A stretch of DNA of 63,808 nt, the filler included. It is 6 parts of 6 records of this genome, joined end to end, with 100 filler letters (N's around TTAATTAATTAA, not from the genome) between each part and the next. Parts side by side here need not be neighbours in the genome. Positions count along the whole stretch, not along the records: positions 58,684 to 63,808 come from SRR31156797_20910; 5 more parts are not named here. One strand, given 5' to 3'. Under the pieces are notes generated by a model that saw only the letters and a program-made list of their open reading frames with translations, was not told where the DNA came from and did no database searches. Position numbers and translations under genes: made by a program. Below, piece by piece: positions 58,684 through 63,808 of the stretch (positions are counted from its first letter, which is position 1; each line of letters starts with the position of its first letter).

Positions 58684-59584
58684 CGGCATCGAAGTTCTCG
58701 GCCTCTCTGTCAATGCCCGGCGCATCGAGCAGGTCGATGGCCCAGAGAATGGTCCCGCCGTCGGGTTCGATCGCATACAGGCGACTGTCGTAGAGCAGGG
58801 TCTGGTAGATCGTCCCGTCGGCGCCGACCACGGGGGAGGCGAAGGGCCACCCGCCTGTCTTGGGCCCGTCCGGGTCGGCGGCGCTCGCGGGATAGAGCTC
58901 GAAAGTGCACGCCCACTTCACGCTGCCATCAGCCGGGTTCAGGGCGTAGAGGTTCGGATCGTACAGACCGGCCGCGTACACCGTTCCATCGGCACCGATC
59001 GAGGCCGATGCAAAGATGGCCCCTGTCGGAACGACGCCCGGGCCCTTGGTGGCGAATTGCCACCGCTCCGAGCCGTCAGTGCCCAAGGCATACAGCGTGC
59101 CGTCGGACGAGCCGACAAGGACACTGCCATCGGCCGCCACGGCAGGCGATGAGTAGACGGCATCCCCAGTGCCATAGGCCCAGCGCAGCGTCCCGTCGGG
59201 TGCGATCGCGCGCAGTTTCCCATCTCGGGCCCCGACAAACAGGCTGCCGTCGGGCCCGATACTGGGCGCGCTGAGCAGCGGGACGTTGACATCGAAGACC
59301 CACAGGGCAACACCGTTGGCGTCGAACGTGTGGAGCTTGCCGTCCTCGCAGGCCGCGTGGATGTGGCCGTCGAATCCGATGGTGACACTGCTGAGCACGG
59401 CCCCGCCGGTGTTCTGCTCCCAGGCGACGGCCCCATCGGCCAATCCCTCATTCTGGCTCTGTCCACTTCTGGCGTAGTCACCGCCCATCGATGGCCACTG
59501 AGCTGGGCCGGAGGTCTCTCCGGCGTTGACCCAGGCCGGGACCAGGAGACACAATACAAGGACCAGACATGATTTGAGACTCAT
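58684..59584 (-). CDS. Secreted PQQ-like (BamB-type) beta-propeller protein (3' partial)
   Basis: Start MSLKSCLVLVLCLL at 59584 behind GGGGAG; repeated SSP.V..DG....GS.DG.LYA...DG...W blades. Confidence 0.88.
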
Positions 59585-59764
59585 GGCACTCTCCCCTTTC
59601 TCGCGAGTGGTTCCGCTGTCTGTTGTGACGCTTCCGTCCCTGGACAATACCCAAATCTGATTATAGAGTCCGAGATCGCGGTATACAAGCGTTTTCAGCC
59701 GTCTCCCAGGGGGGGGCGAGCCGCCCACGCCGTCTGCCGACCTCTACCTCGGTCTACTAGGCAT

Positions 59765-59790
59765 GTCCGTAATAAGAGACATTTGTTACA
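59765..59790 (-). promoter_or_regulatory. ECF-type promoter facing the beta-propeller gene
   Basis: Minus strand TGTAACA-N15-GGAC. Confidence 0.65.
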
Positions 59791-59892
59791 GGAATCTTTC
59801 GCATTTTTTTTCAGGGATTCTTCAGTTTTCCGGCAATCTCGTCCACGGGGTGCGTCCGGGCGGGCGGTTTCATGGTTTTTTCTGATATGGGG

Positions 59893-59918
59893 TGTAACAG
59901 ACCGGGCGGCACCAGGAC
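59893..59918 (+). promoter_or_regulatory. ECF-type autoregulatory promoter of the sigma factor
   Basis: TGTAACA-N15-GGAC ending 4 bp before the ATG at 59923. Confidence 0.65.
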
Positions 59919-59922
59919 TATA

Positions 59923-60786
59923 ATGAAATGGATGGATGTGCAAGACGACAATGCGGCCCTTACCCTCACCGTATCCAGGGCTCAGGCCGGTGACAAACTA
60001 TCCATGACCCGCCTCGCGGAGGGGGCGGAGAAGCGGCTGTACGCCTATATATATCGTTTGACCTTGGACCATGATCTGACGGAAGAATTGCTGCAACAAA
60101 CCCTCTTGAAGATGGTCGAGTCACTGGAGCAATTGAGAGCGCCCGAGCTGTTCTGGCCATGGCTGTTTCGCACCGCGCTGGGCCACGTGCAGCACCATTT
60201 CCGGGCGGAGAGACAAAGGAGTCGAGCTGAAATGTCCGCGTGCGAACGGGAACGCCTCAGGGAGCGTCTGGCCGACATACACGGCGACGGTCTGACGTTT
60301 GCCTCGCGCAAAGAGTTGATGGGGACCATATTCCAGGCCATGTCTCAGGTCAAGCTCAGCTATCGGAATGTGGTCGTGCTGCGCTGCCTTGAGGGCATGT
60401 CGTATGGCGAGATCGCCGGCGTGCTGAACTGCAAGGAACTCTACGCCCGCGTGCTCTTCTTCCGCGCGCGCAGCGCGTTGCGCCGGCAGTTGAGCCGGCG
60501 CGGCTACCGGGAGGGTCTGCTGCTGACGGCTTTGGGCCTGTTCAAGCTGGCGACCAGTCAGGCCAAAGGGGTCAGCGCCGCTGGGACGATCCACGCCGCC
60601 TGTTTGGATGTGGGATTCCTGGCCGTCGTCGTTGGATCGATCGGGACACGGATTGGGATCATTGTGGCCGGGTGTTTTGGCTTTCTGGCCGCGGCCACGA
60701 CACTGGAGGTCTTTCTGGGGGTCGTGGCCCTGATCGTGTTTGTCCTGGTCAGCGCGGCCGTGACGCTCTACGTCGAGTTGTCCTGA
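59923..60786 (+). CDS. ECF sigma-70 factor with hydrophobic C-terminal extension
   Basis: Region 2 (EELLQQT...FWPWLFRTA) and region 4 (R.VVVLR..EGMSYGEIA..L...RAR..LR), followed by 2-3 predicted TM helices. Confidence 0.88.
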   Translation: MKWMDVQDDNAALTLTVSRAQAGDKLSMTRLAEGAEKRLYAYIYRLTLDHDLTEELLQQTLLKMVESLEQLRAPELFWPWLFRTALGHVQHHFRAERQRSRAEMSACERERLRERLADIHGDGLTFASRKELMGTIFQAMSQVKLSYRNVVVLRCLEGMSYGEIAGVLNCKELYARVLFFRARSALRRQLSRRGYREGLLLTALGLFKLATSQAKGVSAAGTIHAACLDVGFLAVVVGSIGTRIGIIVAGCFGFLAAATTLEVFLGVVALIVFVLVSAAVTLYVELS

Positions 60787-61009
60787 TCGGTGTGTTGGGA
60801 AACGACGCTCGGTAGCACCGCCCGTGCATCCAGGCGCGACCGCTGATATTCTCTAAATTGCCCTTGACGGCACCCCGCCAATTCGTTCTATTTAACATCA
60901 CTGTGGCCAGGGAGGGACCCATCCCCAAGGGCACGAGGTCCTGAACTATCCACATCGCTTTTATGGGACGACGTACATAGGATGTATCGACATTGGAAAG
61001 GATTGGATT

Positions 61010-61792
61010 ATGCGTAGCCTGAAGCTCTCAACCGTTTTCGTGATTTTTGTGCTCTCGACGGGCATGGCATTTGTTAGTGGTTGTGGTTCGGAATTGGCGG
61101 ATCTGAGGCTTCAGAACGACACGCAGGCCAAGCGTATCGACCAGTTGACCAGCGAACTCGAGGCCGCCCGCCTGCAACTCGCTCAGCTCAAGCGACAGTT
61201 GGAGGGGGCCACCCAGAGCGGTGGTGTGGAGGTAGACGCGCTGCGTCAGCGGATCGCGGCCCTGGAGGAGGACCTGGCCAAGAAGGAAGAGTTGATCAAG
61301 TCGATGCAGGAGCGGCTGATGGGTGTCTCGGTCCTGCCGGTCGAACTCAGCTCGGCGCTGGAGGACTTCGCGGCCAATAACGACATGGTGGAATACGACT
61401 CCGAGCGTGGCTTGGTGAAGTTCAAGAGCGACCTGCTCTTCGAGCGGGGCAGTGATACGGTGACCACGAGCGCGGCCGAGGCGGTCCGAACGCTCTGCGG
61501 CATTCTCAATACTGATACGGCCAAGGAATTTGACATCATCGTGGCCGGACACACCGACGACATGCGCATTGCCCGCCCAGCCACCCGAGCCGCCCACCCG
61601 ACCAACCGCCACCTCTCGTCCCACCGCGCGATCTCGGTGGTGCGTGTCCTCGAAGGCTGCGGCCTGGAAGGCAAGCGCATGAGCACCCGCGGGTTCGGCG
61701 AGTTCCGCCCCGTCGCCCCCAACGCCGCCGGCAACAAGGGCAACGACAAGAACCGCCGCGTCGAGATCTATATCATTCCGACCGGTGCATAG
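61010..61792 (+). CDS. OmpA/MotB-family peptidoglycan-binding lipoprotein with coiled coil
   Basis: Lipobox VSGC; LLFERGS, GHTD, N.HLSSHRA.SV, GFGEFRP and NRRVEI motifs. Confidence 0.92.
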   Translation: MRSLKLSTVFVIFVLSTGMAFVSGCGSELADLRLQNDTQAKRIDQLTSELEAARLQLAQLKRQLEGATQSGGVEVDALRQRIAALEEDLAKKEELIKSMQERLMGVSVLPVELSSALEDFAANNDMVEYDSERGLVKFKSDLLFERGSDTVTTSAAEAVRTLCGILNTDTAKEFDIIVAGHTDDMRIARPATRAAHPTNRHLSSHRAISVVRVLEGCGLEGKRMSTRGFGEFRPVAPNAAGNKGNDKNRRVEIYIIPTGA

Positions 61793-61870
61793 AGACGTAT
61801 CGCTGACGTCGGATCGCGCCGATCTCCGGTCCATCGGGCGTGACGTGACAACTGGATAGAATGCCACATC

Positions 61871-61900
61871 GAGCGCAACCTATGGTTGCGCTCTTTTTTT
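61871..61900 (+). terminator. Intrinsic terminator
   Basis: GAGCGCAACC-TAT-GGTTGCGCTC-TTTTTTT. Confidence 0.88.
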
Positions 61901-61908
61901 GTCCTGGC

Positions 61909-62778
61909 TCAATCGCGCTCGGCGTCTATCCCGCCGAAGATGTCCGCGAGGCCGTGGTGCAGACTCATCGTGTAGCCAACGCAGACGGAATACGTGATTG
62001 CCCAGTGCAGCTTGAAGCCATACTGGCATATCGCCAGGAGGACACCCACGCAAATCAGGGTGAGGACGACCTGGGAGAACTTCGCGGCCCTATCGAGGAT
62101 GCAGTCCGGGTCCAGCAGGCCCGCGCGAAACAACAGGAGCAGGAGGGCGCCGTTGATGATGTTCCAGGCCGGAAAGACCATCAGCCAGCCCCGCGCCGTC
62201 TTCAGTGTGACATATCCAGCGCAGATCCCTGTGCCCGCCGTAACGACGACGGCAAACACCAGCATAGGCCACTTGACCAGTTCCGGCTTCGGACGCCGGA
62301 AGAAGATGCCGAACAGCGAGAATGCCATGCCGATGACCGCGACCGCCAGTATGATTTGAATTCGGCCGTCGTGGACACGCATCAGGGCGTTGGGCAGGTC
62401 GCTCTTGAGATCCGGATTCATCGCCAGCAGCAGCAAGAACGTCAGGCTCAGGGCGAAGAGCGTTAGCTCGTCGTAGCGGGGTAGTAGCGGTGACATCGCC
62501 TCCTTCGTGGCCGCGCGTTGTCGCTGCTCCGGTGTGAAGGCCTGGCCCTTCAGCAGCAGCTTGGCGATCTCCTTGTTACTCCTGCCTTTCCACAGTTTGC
62601 CTTCGTTCTGAGTGCCGGGGGGCGGAGTGACCTTCGGCTGCGACGTTTCCTGAGCGGCCGTCGCGGGCTTGGGGATCCTCAAACGGTGGCCGCAGGCTGG
62701 ACAAGGCGCCTTCCGCCCGACCAATTTGGCCTTCGCCCGAATCTTCCTGCCGCAATACACGCACGAAAAGTGAATCAT
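61909..62778 (-). CDS. Membrane protein with N-terminal zinc ribbon
   Basis: CVYCG...CPACG, a Pro-rich linker and about 6 TM helices. Confidence 0.75.
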   Translation of the reverse strand: MIHFSCVYCGRKIRAKAKLVGRKAPCPACGHRLRIPKPATAAQETSQPKVTPPPGTQNEGKLWKGRSNKEIAKLLLKGQAFTPEQRQRAATKEAMSPLLPRYDELTLFALSLTFLLLLAMNPDLKSDLPNALMRVHDGRIQIILAVAVIGMAFSLFGIFFRRPKPELVKWPMLVFAVVVTAGTGICAGYVTLKTARGWLMVFPAWNIINGALLLLLFRAGLLDPDCILDRAAKFSQVVLTLICVGVLLAICQYGFKLHWAITYSVCVGYTMSLHHGLADIFGGIDAERD

Positions 62779-62834
62779 CGTACCGCCGCCCTCAAAATCA
62801 CATTCCCGATCGCTCTATGGATCACGATACTCCA

Positions 62835-63806
62835 TCAGTGCCCCGGGCCCAACTGGACCAGGATGGACTGCGCGACCTGTTGGATTTGGACGGTTTTGCC
62901 TTCGTTGTTGAGGTGGACCCCGTCGGAACTGTGGTATTCGGGGTAGTCGATCAGCAGGGCGAACAGATCGTCCACGGCCAGATCCGCCGGGCCGACGAAT
63001 TGCATCGCGATCTCGTTGCGCCGCCGCACGCGCTGAGTCTTGCCGTCCAGTAGGGGCGAATCATTATTCGCCCTCACCCAAACCGGTGTGGTGGTGGTCC
63101 AGATCAACCTGGCGTGGGGATTGCCTCGCTGCAATGCATCGAGGAGTTTGGGGAAGGCCTGGCGGTACTGCGCGTCAGTGTAGCCCCAGCCGTGCAGACC
63201 GTTGTTGAAATGGATGACGTCGAACGCATACTGGCGCAGGACCATTTCCAGCTCGTCGAAGAAGACCGGATCGCAGATACAACGCGATGTCGTCAGGCGG
63301 GCGCAGTTGGCCTGACCGGCGAGAGCCTTCTCGACGCCACCGAAATAGCCCCGTGTGATGGAGTCGCCGATCAGCAGCACGCGAGGTAGATCGTTCTTCT
63401 CGGCGTTCGTGATCCAGATGTCACACCATTCGATGCGCTCGCGAACCGGTTCAACATCGTCCGGATCTGTAGGGGCGACGCATGCGTCGCCCGTGCCGTG
63501 GGCGAGAACGAACTCTACGATGGGCCCAGGGTCTTCCAGACTGTGCGGGTGGTGTCCAATGCCCGGTTTGTGGATGACCTGGATCGACCCGCCCAGGGCT
63601 TTGTAACGCTGCTCCAGAATCGCGGTGTTCTCGACCACCGGGACGACTTTGTCTGCATCGCCCACGACGTGTAGCAGGGGGATGCCGGCCCGGGCCAGCG
63701 GTTCGAGCCGGTCGATGGGGTTACACTTGGCGGCCAGCGCTTCCGCTTCCGTCATGCCGTAGACGTCCAGGCACTGGGCCCAGTCTGTCGTGCCGCCCGG
63801 GCCGCT
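62835..63806 (-). CDS. Alpha/beta-hydrolase-SGNH/GDSL hydrolase fusion (5' partial)
   Basis: Open to the window edge. LLHVVGDADKVVP and GHHPH, then LIGDSI, FNNGLH and DGVH. Confidence 0.85.
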   Translation of the reverse strand, partial: SGPGGTTDWAQCLDVYGMTEAEALAAKCNPIDRLEPLARAGIPLLHVVGDADKVVPVVENTAILEQRYKALGGSIQVIHKPGIGHHPHSLEDPGPIVEFVLAHGTGDACVAPTDPDDVEPVRERIEWCDIWITNAEKNDLPRVLLIGDSITRGYFGGVEKALAGQANCARLTTSRCICDPVFFDELEMVLRQYAFDVIHFNNGLHGWGYTDAQYRQAFPKLLDALQRGNPHARLIWTTTTPVWVRANNDSPLLDGKTQRVRRRNEIAMQFVGPADLAVDDLFALLIDYPEYHSSDGVHLNNEGKTVQIQQVAQSILVQLGPGH

Positions 63807-63808
63807 GC

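Noticed and set aside
58628-59728. ORF-track calls extending into N-runs (also 5156..8677 and 49878..50756)
   Set aside because: Their ends are linker artefacts and the genes are truncated. The upstream extension to 59728 precedes the real signal-peptide start at 59584.
60900-61009. Possible riboswitch upstream of the OmpA/MotB gene
   Set aside because: Some pairing (GGACC/GGTCC, TGTGG/CCACA) is present, but I could not match any known aptamer consensus. An Rfam cmscan would be needed.
61028-62466. Long antisense ORFs (279 aa and 201 aa) in the GC-rich contig
   Set aside because: They are shadow frames of the well-supported OmpA-family and zinc-ribbon genes, as expected at high GC.

Overview
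The window is not one locus. It is six unrelated contigs joined by 100-bp linkers (N-run, TTAATTAATTAA, N-run) at 8630-8729, 18544-18643, 40660-40759, 49834-49933 and 58584-58683, so no gene-neighbourhood inference should cross a linker. Taxonomy is inferred from gene content and composition. (1) 1-8629, Bacteroidota: polysaccharide utilisation locus with SusC, SusD, a CE4-like deacetylase, an esterase and a GH106 rhamnosidase. (2) 8730-18543, Bacteroidota: Cus-like heavy-metal RND efflux operon, HMA protein, methyltransferase, DUF6261-like helical protein and a DoxX-like protein. (3) 18644-40659, Vibrio-like: FrhA-like RTX adhesin, ynfM/ynfL-like pair, rlmF, pilW/pilF, metA, a TolC-HlyD-permease cluster, a truncated CitA-like sensor, a diguanylate cyclase and tRNA-Val genes. 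(4) 40760-49833, very AT-rich bacterium: Mrp/Mbh-type antiporter operon, PAS-GGDEF protein and MocR/DMT pair. (5) 49934-58583, Bacteroidota: leader ORF, TonB receptor, RhtX-like MFS, hemN, amidohydrolase and AAA ATPase. (6) 58684-63808, GC-rich Planctomycetota-like: beta-propeller protein, membrane-anchored ECF sigma factor, OmpA/MotB lipoprotein, zinc-ribbon membrane protein and an SGNH fusion. The best candidate for an undescribed system is a non-coding array with an exact 41-bp period (10671-10860), built from a 17-bp motif in alternating orientation and lying upstream of the DUF6261-like gene. Other notable signals are a candidate RPPP ribosome-arrest leader ahead of a TonB receptor, two identical divergent ECF-type promoters, and heptamer-repeat hairpins inside the metal-efflux operon. 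All family calls come from motif recognition by eye; no database search was run.
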